The position numbers and the translations under genes were made by a program. DNA of 63,481 nt, counting the filler, from Thraustochytrium aureum (taxonomy: Eukaryota), in NCBI GenBank assembly GCA_012862495.1. It is 5 parts of 4 records of this genome, joined end to end, with 100 filler letters (N's around TTAATTAATTAA, not from the genome) between each part and the next. Parts side by side here need not be neighbours in the genome. Positions count along the whole stretch, not along the records: positions 1 to 25,999 come from BLSG01000252.1; positions 26,100 to 30,946 come from BLSG01000253.1; positions 31,047 to 50,208 come from BLSG01000254.1; 2 more parts are not named here. The stretch is one strand, 5' to 3'. This document shows, piece after piece, positions 21,304-32,168 of this stretch; within the stretch, counting starts at the first letter, position 1; every line of letters begins with the position of its first letter. The notes below the pieces were generated by a model that did not search any database, was not told the DNA's origin, and was given only the letters and a program-made list of their open reading frames with translations.

Positions 21304-24300
21304 TTACTTTCTACGCGGCGGGTCCCAGGCCAGCTCGCCGGCAGTGCGCCCGCCGAGCCACTGCCACGCAAACAAGTCGACACGATCAACAAAGTCGTCG
21401 TCTTCAAGCAGCTGGGCTACTGCGGTGCCGGCCTTGCGCCGCTGTTCAAAATCGGGCGACATGAGCGGGAAGCGCACATGGCCCCCAAGCCACTCAAACA
21501 TGTCCAGGTCCACGGGCACGTACTCCTTGCCACCGTATGCGCGCAGCAACGCCTCGACCTCTTGATGTCCATTGATGCGCGCCACAGCAACCGCCGTGGT
21601 GTGCAGGCCATTTGCTTGGGCGCACTGCGACGAGTGCGGCGTCCACGCGTTCGGGTCCGAACCCGCATCGAGCATGACTTGAACCACCTCTGGGTTGCCC
21701 ATGTGGCAAGCCAGCATGAGCGGCGTGCTGCCGTACTCGACATCGATAGAAACGTTGGGGTCGGCACCGAGCGCGAGAAGCGTCCGCACCGTCGACAGGT
21801 GGCCCGCCACACAAGCCCCCGCGAGCGGAGTCACCATAAGGTCCCCCCACACCTCGTTCACGTCCACAAGGCCCTTTTCCACAAGACTTCGAACTGTCGA
21901 GTCCTTGCCCTGCACACATGAGACGACCAGGGCCTCGAGCGCCGAGGCGCCAGCGTCGATGAGCACCTTGGCCACCTCGTCGTATCCGAACGAGCAACTG
22001 CAGAGCAGGGACGAGTCGTCGTCAGGGGTGCGCGAGAGCGGATCAGCGCCGTGCTCGATGAGCGTCTTCACGCACTCTACGTGGCCGCTCTCCACCGCAA
22101 AGATGAGCGTCGAAATGCCCTGGGCAGTGGCGGATACCTTTGCCCCGTGCTTGATCAGCTCGCGCAGAACATCGGCGTGGCCGTTCCNNNNNNNNNNNNN
22201 NNNNNNNNNNNNNNNNNNNNNNNNNNNNNNNNNNNNNNNNNNNNNNNNNNNNNNNNNNNNNNNNNNNNNNNNNNNNNNNNNNNNNNNNNNNNNNNNNNNN
22301 NNNNNNNNNNNNNNNNNNNNNNNNNNNNNNNNNNNNNNNNNNNNNNNNNNNNNNNNNNNNNNNNNNNNNNNNNNNNNNNNNNNNNNNNNNNNNNNNNNNN
22401 NNNNNNNNNNNNNNNNNNNNNNNNNNNNNNNNNNNNNNNNNNNNNNNNNNNNNNNNNNNNNNNNNNNNNNNNNNNNNNNNNNNNNNNNNNNNNNNNNNNN
22501 NNNNNNNNNNNNNNNNNNNNNNNNNNNNNNNNNNNNNNNNNNNNNNNNNNNNNNNNNNNNNNNNNNNNNNNNNNNNNNNNNNNNNNNNNNNNNNNNNNNN
22601 NNNNNNNNNNNNNNNNNNNNNNNNNNNNNNNNNNNNNNNNNNNNNNNNNNNNNNNNNNNNNNNNNNNNNNNNNNNNNNNNNNNNNNNNNNNNNNNNNNNN
22701 NNNNNNNNGGCCGTTCCGCGCTGCCCACATGGCTGCCGTCATGCCGCTGCTCCCCTTGACTTCGACCTCGGAGGACGCGCTCTTGAAGCGCAGCCGGGTC
22801 GCGCTGCTTGCGTGCTTTGGCGTCTTGCTGAACTGTCGGCGGGGTTTCAGGAGCTCGCGGCGTCCGTTTCCAGAGTGGCGCCCGTTCTCCTTGTCGCCGT
22901 CTTCTGTGGCCACAAGGCTGCTGCGGCTGCCGATTCGGCGTTGCAGACCAGCTCCGCTTCGAGGTGAAGCTGGCGCCAGGGCCCGGAACGCGCGGGGAGA
23001 AAGAACCTGGGAGCCAAGTTCGCCCGCGTCGCGTGGGAGGCGGCAGGGCGCGGGTGCTATCAACCCCTCGTCCTCGGCATCGGTGCTCTCGTCGCCCCCG
23101 TCCGTCGCGTCGGACTCGTCCTGCCTTTTGGTTTCGAGGTCAACACCTCCGGTCGCGGCCACACGCGAGGCGTCTTCCTCGTCTTGGAGGGCCTTGTTTC
23201 TTGCAGGCGCGATTCCAAAGTCGAGCACGGCAATCTCGACGGCGGCGTCCTCGCTTCTGCCCTCCGCGATCTGGCGCGTCTGGGCGCGCTCGCAGTCGTC
23301 CGGGTCGCCGTCGCTGTCCTCATCTTCTTCCTCCGCTTCGTCATTGGTGTCGAGGTCGTCCGAGCTCAGTTCGGCCAATTGCTCGCAATCTTGTCCCGGT
23401 TGGGCGTTTTCGTCGTCGAGGTCGGATTCTCCGTCGCGCAAGATCTCCCTCACGCGAGCCAGGTCGCCGCGCATGGCCGCGTCGACCAAGGCGGGGCGCT
23501 TGTCGAGTTCATCGGCCTCGGCCACCTTGTCGCCGTCGGTGCAGCAGAGGAGGCGAAAGCAGTACGTGTGGTTGAAGACCATGGCCATGTTGGAGGGGTC
23601 CCAGCCGTGGCGGTTGTTCCGGTCCAGGTACTCGGAGTCCACCTCGGCCTCTGCCATGAGCAGCTTGATGATTTCTGGCTGGTTGTTGACTGCTGCGAGG
23701 TGCATCGCGTTGTTCCAGTCCTCGCTTACGGCTTGAAGCACGGTCCTGACGCCGAGGATGCGCATCATGCCCTTGGCGACCGCGACGTTGCCGTAGCTTG
23801 CGGCGGCGAGCCAAAAGGACTCGATGCAGGTCGGCGCTCGCCCGTCGTTGTAGGTCTNNNNNNNNNNNNNNNNNNNNNNNNNNNNNNNNNNNNNNNNNNN
23901 NNNNNNNNNNNNNNNNNNNNNNNNNNNNNNNNNNNNNNNNNNNNNNNNNNNNNNNNNNNNNNNNNNNNNNNNNNNNNNNNNNNNNNNNNNNNNNNNNNNN
24001 NNNNNNNNNNNNNNNNNNNNNNNNNNNNNNNNNNNNNNNNNNNNNNNNNNNNNNNNNNNNNNNNNNNNNNNNNNNNNNNNNNNNNNNNNNNNNNNNNNNN
24101 NNNNNNNNNNNNNNNNNNNNNNNNNNNNNNNNNNNNNNNNNNNNNNNNNNNNNNNNNNNNNNNNNNNNNNNNNNNNNNNNNNNNNNNNNNNNNNNNNNNN
24201 NNNNNNNNNNNNNNNNNNNNNNNNNNNNNNNNNNNNNNNNNNNNNNNNNNNNNNNNNNNNNNNNNNNNNNNNNNNNNNNNNNNNNNNNNNNNNNNNNNNN

Positions 24301-25999
24301 NNNNNNNNNNNNNNNNNNNNNNNNNNNNNNNNNNNNNNNNNNNNNNNNNNNNNNNNNNNNNNGGCCTGCGCGACCTGCGCCTCAGGCGCGCGGGGCCGCT
24401 TGTCGGCCTCGGCGGTAGCGAGGAAGACCTGCGCGACGTGGAGCGCCGCCAGGAACTCTTGAACGCTTTGGTGCAGGAACATGACGACGCCCTTGTCGCG
24501 AAGCGCGGCGGGCGACTCGCCAGCGACCGGCGTTGGCTGGCGCTGGCGCTGGTGTTGCTGCTGCTCGAGCGTCTCCTCTTCGATGTAGTCGTCGCGGTCC
24601 TCGATCGTGAAGAGCGGGGCCTGGTCGTTGTCGATGCGCTCGACGAGCTGCTGCGCTGCGGCCTCTAGGCCTGCCGTCGGCCCACTGCTGGTTGCCTCCA
24701 CAAGCGCCAGGAGGTCGCGCAAGCGCAGGAGCCGGGTCTGCCGCTCGTGCATTTGGTATGCGAGCGCCTGCAGCAGCTGCAAGAGCGCGACGTCGGCCTC
24801 TGTGCCCGAGCGGATGTCGGCGGCCTCCGGAAAGAGGGGCGGGATCTCGATGTCGAAGGCGCCGCCGCCGACGGGTGCGTTCAGCCGCTTGCAGGCCGCG
24901 GCGCGGCGCGCCGGAGAAGTGCAGGTCGTCTGTTTTCGAGCTCGACGGGCCGCCAGCGCAGCAGTCTCGCGATGGACGCGCCTAAAGAGCTCGGTGCGCG
25001 AAAAGGGGGGCATCAAGTCGTGGCCCTGGCAGCTCTTCTTGATGGCCTCCTCCTCTGCCGGCGAGAGTCGCGGCGAGCCGAGCGCTGCCCAGCCGTGCGG
25101 GTCGCGCAGGGAAGCCGCGAATGCGCGACGCGGCGAACCGCAAAACAAAGCGCGCGTTCCCGACGGGCCGTTCGGCAGCCGGGGCGCCAGCGCGCTACGG
25201 CGTCGAGGTCCTGCAGGACGTTCACAAGAAGCATCAAGGTCATCGGGCTCTTGCGAAAGAGCTTGAGTTGCGGGCGCCGGAGCTCGGACTTGAGCCACTC
25301 CGGTGCCGCCTCCTTGGCAAAGAATGAGCTGCGCGGGTCGCCGCACAGGCGGCGCTCGACAATTCTCTCAGCGAGGGAGGTGGTGAGCGGGCGCATCCGG
25401 AGCGCGGCAAAGCCGAGCTTGCGGAGCTCCTGGTGCTCGGCGACGCCGTCGCGCGTCGTGACGATAACACGTGCTTGCGGCAAGCGCTCCACGAGCCTGC
25501 CGAGGCAGGCGAGGACCGTCTGGAGGGCGCCTCCGGCGCTCTCGGCTTCGTTAAGGCCGTCCAGGAGGAGCCAGAAATGCCCAGACGCAAGCACGCTGCG
25601 CAACATGGCTTGCCTGGCGTAATTGTGCAGGTATTTCTTCTCGAGGAATCGCTCCAGGACGCTGTCGTCTGCCGTGAGTTGGTGAGCGGAGATGAACTCG
25701 GCGAGCGCTTTGGCAGGAATCACCAGCGGCACGAAGGGCGGCGCGTCGCCCCTGACGCACCTCGAGCGCCTCTTTGATTGGTGGGAGGCGCAGAGCACAG
25801 CCATGTGCTTGAGCAAGGTGGACTTGCCGCAGGCAGGCCCCCCGAGCACGAGCACGCGTCGATTGGACCGAAAGTCAAAAGCGCTCGGAAACAGCTTTGT
25901 CGCGAGCGCGTAGAACACGGGCAGCAGGCAGTCTTCGTCGATAGCCTGCCTGCACGAGCTCGGGAGCTTGTTCTCTGCCGCTCGAGCGACAGCACGATC
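21304..25999 (-). CDS. NACHT (STAND) NTPase with C-terminal ankyrin repeats, NLR-like; 5'-truncated at scaffold end, frameshift near 25190, two gaps
   Basis: Walker A VLGGPACGKST, Walker B LLLDGLNE, sensor VIVTTR, SPMTLMLL, winged-helix FLHQSVQEFLAA; ankyrin repeats (NAMHLAAVNNQPEIIKLL, TAAMWAARNGHADVLRELIKHGA, TPLMLACHMGNPEVVQVMLDAG). Confidence 0.85.
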
Positions 26000-26043
26000 N
26001 NNNNNNNNNNNNNNNNNNNNNNNNNNNNNNNNNNNNNNNNNNN

Positions 26044-26055
26044 TTAATTAATTAA
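26044..26055. other. Artificial scaffold linker TTAATTAATTAA
   Basis: Six-frame-stop 12-mer between N pads; the identical construct occurs four times. Confidence 0.95.
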
Positions 26056-26100
26056 NNNNNNNNNNNNNNNNNNNNNNNNNNNNNNNNNNNNNNNNNNNNG

Positions 26101-27996
26101 ATGGCGAGCCTTGCACTGATTGCAACCGATGTCGTCAATCACGTGCCGACTCCAACCACGAAAGTAAGAGAGGAGCTGGAGCTGGAGGCCGCGAAACTGC
26201 TGGAGAAGGCAGAGCACGACAATTTAGCTGCTGGACTCCAACACTCATTTGCCGAGATTGTGGATATGGTGGCAAACGGCGTGCCTGGAGCTGCTAATCT
26301 TGTCCTCTCTGGTCCGTTCGAGGCTCAGCGGGCCGAATTCCAGCGCCTGACGGAAAAAAGTAGCGTCTTGAGGGTTGGGCACCCGAAGAATCTTGTGCTG
26401 TTGGGGCAAAAGCTGCGCGCGAAGACTGGGATTAATGTTCTGTAAGTGACGCGGTGTTTGCCTGGGACCCTGGCTGGCTCCGTGACGACTGCATTGAAGC
26501 TGACAAACCAGGCCAAGAGAACGCAGATTCATAGGGGGCTCCAACACATATGGACGTGGACTTCGTCCATTCAGACTCCAGGTCGCGGATGCGCTCAAAG
26601 CGAGCTACCCGGGAGACCACGCGGTATCTTTCATCGCCGCGAGTGGGCTAACGAGCTGCTATGCATCGCTTCACTTCAACAACAGCTACGCGGCCGCCGT
26701 CGCAACTGCCGATTTGATTTTGTTCGACAGCACAGTGAACGATGCTGAAGTTGTTGAAACGGTCGAGTTGAAGTTTGACTGCGTCGAGTCAATCCTACTG
26801 CAGATGCAGAGCACAAACCCTCGTGCAGCCATCATGCTTTTGTTGCTGCCTGTTGCACAAGCACTGATCGAATTGCCCACCTTCGCACATTTGAAGCCCG
26901 CGAAAATGGATGCGGCGTTCAGAAAGGTGAGGAAGGATAAGGACGTCATTCGGAGGGAAAAATCCATTGGTCGGTATTGGGAAACCTTTGCAACAGCAAA
27001 CAAGGTCGTCCGCTCGCACTCGCCACGCGTCTCCGTGCTCTCGGTACCAAGCGTGTTTCTCCCTCTGCCAAGCACCGGGAAGCTCTTCAGCGAGCGCTTT
27101 AACGAGCTCTCTGCCATATCAACAGAGAACATGGTGATTCGGTCTGACGCGACGCACATGGGCTTGCTTGGGTCCATGTTTGTCCGGCTCGGAGTCCTGA
27201 GCCTCCTTTGGGAAGCGCAAATTGCTGCGCTTCTGCGGGAGCGCGACCCGCTGTATGCCATCTCCGCCCCCGCCGATGGACCAAGGCTCGGCAAGGCGCT
27301 TACTCAATACCTTGCATACGCAGCGACTGCGACTTGGTCTAAGAAAGACTCTGCCAGTGTGGCCCTTTCCAGCAGTCAAGTTCTGCAGCTTACGCACGCC
27401 TGTGAGAAAGCGCAGTTTGGCGCGTCTGGCCCAAAGGGTGCGTAGACCTTGCCCGCTCGCAGGTGATGCAAGCTGTTGCGGACAAAGCATCTCCTTGCCG
27501 GAAATGTGCAGACGGTTGGCGCAAGTGCACGCTCAAGTGCCATCGAACCGAGCTCTCCTACGAACGCTGCCCTGGTGCGGGCGCCGCTACGGACGCCTTG
27601 GTATACAATTACAAGTTCAAGGTGGCCCAGAACAGTACCGAGCAACTCGTAATTGAGGCCACAATGGTTCGCTCATACGAGACGTTTGGGAGCGCATTGA
27701 TCCTTGCGTGGTTCAACCGAGACGGTGGCAAGCCAAAGAACGCCATGGCACCGAGGGACGACCAGATTTCCTCCTTCGTCTTTGACGGGCTATGGGACGC
27801 CAGAGTCACCGTGCCAGCGCAAGTTGACCTCACTCCGCCGTTGAAGGTGCCACTCGACGTTTCAGAGGGCCACAGGGAGAAGACGACCACTGTGTCGGTG
27901 ACCGTGGTGGTAATCCCACTCAGGGTTGGGGCGGCGCGCAGGTCTTGCAGGCTCCAGCTAACTGCTTTCGGGGCCAAAGCGCTCGACAAGAGGTGA
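26101..27996 (+). CDS. SGNH/GDSL-like hydrolase; intron 26442-26526; probable frameshift near 27442; may be 5'-truncated
   Basis: Splicing gives block I INVLFIGGSNTYG; block III ADLILFDSTVND; block V RSDATH; C-terminal RSYETFG...DGLW. Confidence 0.75.
26442..26526 (+). other. Spliceosomal intron (85 nt)
   Basis: GTAAGT donor, GCTGAC branch site, ACGCAG acceptor; removal restores the catalytic GGS motif in frame. Confidence 0.85.
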
Positions 27997-28263
27997 TCTT
28001 ACAGTGTTAGTTTGTCCTCTACCTCTGGATCTCTGCTTGTTTCGATCCTTGAGCGGCGACCTGGCCGACCAAGGCAAAGGTTGTTGCGGTGTTGCTGTGC
28101 GATGCACTGCGCAACTCCCGTCCTGGCAGCCGCTAGTCGGGCCCGGTCGCCACGCGTTTCAAACCCTGCTTGAAGCGCCGAAGGCTTGAGGGCCCCGCCG
28201 GCCGGGCCATTGGGCAGACGCTGCAAAAGCATTTCACAGACCCTCACGAGCCAGGTCGCTCCG

Positions 28264-30902
28264 TCAGCAAGGAGCAGGTTCTGACGCCAGCGCGGCAAAT
28301 GCCTGAGCGAACCTGAACTGGCTCTTGCTGCGCCGCACGTGCAGCCGCCGCTTGCGGGTTGCAGCGAGCCACGCGAGCTTGCGCAGACGCGCGCTGGAAA
28401 CCCTGAGCGGCGCGTTTGGGGCCCGTTTCTTGCGCTCCGCGTTGCACTGCGCAGCGTGCATCGTCGCGGCGATGAACCGTGCAAGAGCAGCGGGATCGCT
28501 CTGTACGAGGAGAAACATCTTGGCGCGACGCTGCACGAGGCGGAATTTTCGAGTTTCATGCAGGCGGGTCCAGCGCAGGTCTCGCAAGCGGTACAGCTCG
28601 GCTTGGCGCTTCAAAAGCTCCGACGGACTCAACCCCGCCGTCCCATCGTCTTCATCGTCGCAACCGCTGCAAACACCCGAGGTCTGGACCATGGCAGGCT
28701 GTGAGAGCTTAGCGCGCTTCAAGTTGCGCGCTCGTGCCTGAGCAGCCCGGCTCGCTGCTCGCTCGCTCCTGCGCTCGGCCGCCGCTCGCGCTGCCGCCCT
28801 GGCGGCCTCGCGCTGGTGCGGCCACTCCCAAGTATCCTCGTCAGGCTCGAAGGGAAACTCCGAGTAAGGGCATGCGTCCTTGTCCTCTGGGAACGCGAGG
28901 AAAGTGGCACCGCGCTTGCCCTTTTTGACGCGACACAGATACCAGCCACGGTCGGCTTGGCGAACCGCTTCGTCCACAGCGTCGCCTTCTCCAGGCCATC
29001 CGCGTCCCGGTCACGTGATTTCTTCAGGGGCCGACGACGGCGCGCGTGATGCGACCGTGCGGGCGTGTCCTTATCAACGCTTGCGTCGTCCGGGTCGTTT
29101 TCAGGGTAGTTGAGCCAGACGAGGTCGCCCTCCATCGGGCCGGCCGGGAGGAGCTCGGGCCTCTCGCGACGCACTTGATCGACGAATACGTCGAGGTCGA
29201 GCCGAAACGTCCACCTTTCGCATTTGCACCAGCGAGCTCTGCGCCCAAAGTCGACCCAGCGAGGCGTGGCGAAGTTGACGGCCTCCGCAACGTTGAAGCC
29301 TGTGTTGAACCCTCCGTGGTACGACCGCGGAAAGGTGAACATGTACTCGCCAGGGTACTGAACTGCGCGCACGTACGGGATTTTTTCACGCTTGAGAACC
29401 GACGGGGCGATCATGATGTTTTTGTGCCGCATAAACTCGCTGCACCTGTTGGCCTCATCGCCAAACTCTGCGCGCGCCACCGTCTCAAACCTGTTCGCGT
29501 GCTCTGGAGGGATGCAATACCAGAGCTTTGGAGAACCGTAGTGAACAAAATTGACGCTGTTGAGTTCCATGTCCTCGGTGTGCCAGGCGAACATGGCCCG
29601 CCACATGCCAAAATACAGCATCGACTCGCTTATGCCTTTGGCCTGTTTTTCGCCAAATCCTGTGCGCAGCAGGGTGTCAAGCGCGTCCAGGTTCCAGCCG
29701 TCCGCCTTGTCGGCGCCAAAAATGGTGCCGCTCTGATCACCGCCATACACAGGGGGCGTGCTGGTGGAGTTCATCGTTGCCCAAAACCCATTCTCGAGCA
29801 CCAGCCAGTCCCGCTCCCACAAGTCTTTGGAGACTGCTTCGAGATCGAAGGCGGCCGAGGCGCGCTCTTCAGCCTCACAGGGCATCGCCTTGCCGCGCTC
29901 CGCCGGGTTGGCCGTTCCTGCGAGGGCCTTGCCGGTAATAGCATCAGTTTCGCCCTGAGCGCGTGACGTCGCAGGCGGCACGTCTGTTTCACTAGCATGG
30001 TCGGCCTCGCTCGCTGGCCCGCCCGGAGGGCTCGCGGCGCCTGCGCCCTCCGACTGTCCCGTCTCGCTCAGGTCGTCGTCACTGAGGTAGGACCGCCAGA
30101 GCGTGAGCGTGCCGAGGTTGTCTGGCTCCGCAGCCCCGCCTTTGCGAGGGTCAACTTCCCCGCTAAGGCGGAAGGGGCCGACCTGGTTCCACCCGTACCC
30201 TTCAACGTGACAAGTTTCCGGCCCAAGCGCGCGTGGCGCGTCCTTGTACAGGGCGTGCGAGATAAGATAGAGGTGGAAAGTTTCGCAGAGCGGCCCTTCC
30301 TCCGAGGTCTCCAGCTGGCCGGAGCCGGACCACTTCATGGCTCCTTTAGGCTGCTGCGCATCCAGCACGAAAGACATGGCAAAATCGTGGCACTTTCCTC
30401 GCTGTGCGCGGCGCAAAGCAGAGTCTGTCGCGGCCCAGCGGCCTGACCAGGCGACGCTCCCGTCCGGGCGTCTGACCAGGTCGCCTCGGAGGACAGGGTC
30501 GCCTGATGTCGGCGAGCGAGAGAGCGAGGGCCGCTTGGCATCGTGCTTGGCTGCCTCCTTTTCAAAGTCTGCGACGGTGCGCCGCTTCGACCCAGTGAGG
30601 TCGAGCCTGTACGCGCCTTTTCGTCCTCCAACGAACTGTTTGATGGGCTTGATCAGCCGCTCCCGCTCCTTCGGCTGGTCGCCGAACGCGTTCGGCGACA
30701 TCCTCCAAGACCACTGATCGTATGGCGGGATGACTTTGACGAGGCCAAACTTGGCAGCATCCGTCAGCTCAACCTTGCGCATGAATTCGTAAAAGTTGTG
30801 AAACTCGTCGAACGAAGGCCGGACCACGGGCACGTCCAGCTCGAGGTCCTCGTCCCTCTCTACCTCGACCTGCCCCGTGCGCCTCGACGAGTGTCTCGTC
30901 AT
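28264..30902 (-). CDS. KDM4: JmjN+JmjC histone lysine demethylase (KDM4/JMJD2-like); frameshift near 29040
   Basis: JmjN VPVVRPSFDEF...GLVKVIPP; JmjC LYFGMWRAMFAWHTEDMEL, KLWY, FMRHK, YHGGFNTGFNVAEAVNFA (HxE...H iron ligands). Confidence 0.92.
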
Positions 30903-30990
30903 TTCGTGAGCCTCGTATGCGCCTTCGCGCGCCCGGCGGCGCAGCTNNNNNNNNNNNNNNNNNNNNNNNNNNNNNNNNNNNNNNNNNNNN

Positions 30991-31002
30991 TTAATTAATT
31001 AA
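30991..31002. other. Artificial scaffold linker TTAATTAATTAA
   Basis: Six-frame-stop 12-mer between N pads. Confidence 0.95.
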
Positions 31003-31046
31003 NNNNNNNNNNNNNNNNNNNNNNNNNNNNNNNNNNNNNNNNNNNN

Positions 31047-32168
31047 GATTTGCACAAGACGATCGGGTCGATCTGCGCGGCCCTGGACCACGCAAGCTCT
31101 CGCTTCCAGGAAATCCCCATCGCACGGGTGCTGAGCCGAATCGAGTTTTGCACGACCGCGTCAAGTGGGCGACGACGTAGACACCGGAGACCATTAGGCC
31201 CACGAGCGCGCCCGGTCCGCCGCCCTCCGCTGCCTGGCCGCCCCCCGGCTTCGGGAGCGGGAACCGCCGCAGTTTTGTTATTTCGACGAGGCATAGCTCG
31301 CGCAGGAGGCCAGAGTCGACCATCCACGAGAGCTTCGGGTGCAGCGCCGCTCGAAGGCGAAACACACCGTCGGAGAGAACGAGGTCATACACGCTCGGCC
31401 GCACTCGGGGGGCAGAATGGGAAGGCTCGGGCTTTGCTGAGCGCGACTCACTCGGTGGGGGCTTGCCGCTTTCGCTCGCAGCAGCTGCAGCCTTGTCCCC
31501 GTTCGTTTCTGATTCGTCTTTGGAGCCCTTCTCAGGCTCGCCGCCTGCTGCGTCGCTCTCTGCGACGCCGGCGAGTTGGTCAACTATCGGCGCGGACACG
31601 TCTGCAGTCGATCCTAAGTTAGGTCAGCCTGGCGGCGAAGCGCGCAGCTTAGGTTTCGCAGAAAACCAGCTGTAGCCAAGTTTGAAGACGGCAAAACTTA
31701 CACCGAAGCGCGGCAAGGACCTGCAAGGTGACGCCTTTGAATTCCTGCTCGACCTCCTGGTCGCTTGGGCCGTCGAGCGCGAACGCTGTCACGACCTGCA
31801 CCGCCGTGCGGCTCACGCCGCCGAAAAGAGTGTTGGTCCGGACGGCGGCGCCAAGCCGGCGGTTCGTATTCAACAACTCTTGCGCATTTACACTGAAAAC
31901 TCGCCGCGTCGCTCCGCTCGAACTCGGGTCAGCAGCTTTCTTTGGCGCGTGGCCGTCGCCCTGCTGCGCGCTCTTTGACGCGCGCGCGCGTTTGTGCCTT
32001 CTTGTTTCGCTATGCGCGGCCAGCCGCCCCGCGTCACTTTCTTGCGTGCCCGCCTTCTGGCTCCGGCCCTGCTTTTCCGCAGCTTGCGCTAGCTCCCGTT
32101 TCCCGGGCCCCTTGCCGCCGCCCTCGTCCCGGCCCCTCGCCGCCTTTTCCCCCACCGCCTCTGGCCAT
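31047..32168 (-). CDS. RPA-related OB-fold protein (RADX-like/RPA1 N-terminal-like), 5' part; intron 31602-31701; truncated at scaffold end
   Basis: Spliced LQVLAALRY followed later by VYDLVLSDGVFRLRAALHPKLSWMV..G.L resembles the first OB fold of RADX; start codon and frame upstream of ~32050 uncertain. Confidence 0.6.
31602..31701 (-). other. Spliceosomal intron (100 nt)
   Basis: Minus strand GTAAGT donor, GCTGAC/CTAAC branch site, CTGCAG acceptor; joins T+AC (Tyr) in frame. Confidence 0.7.
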
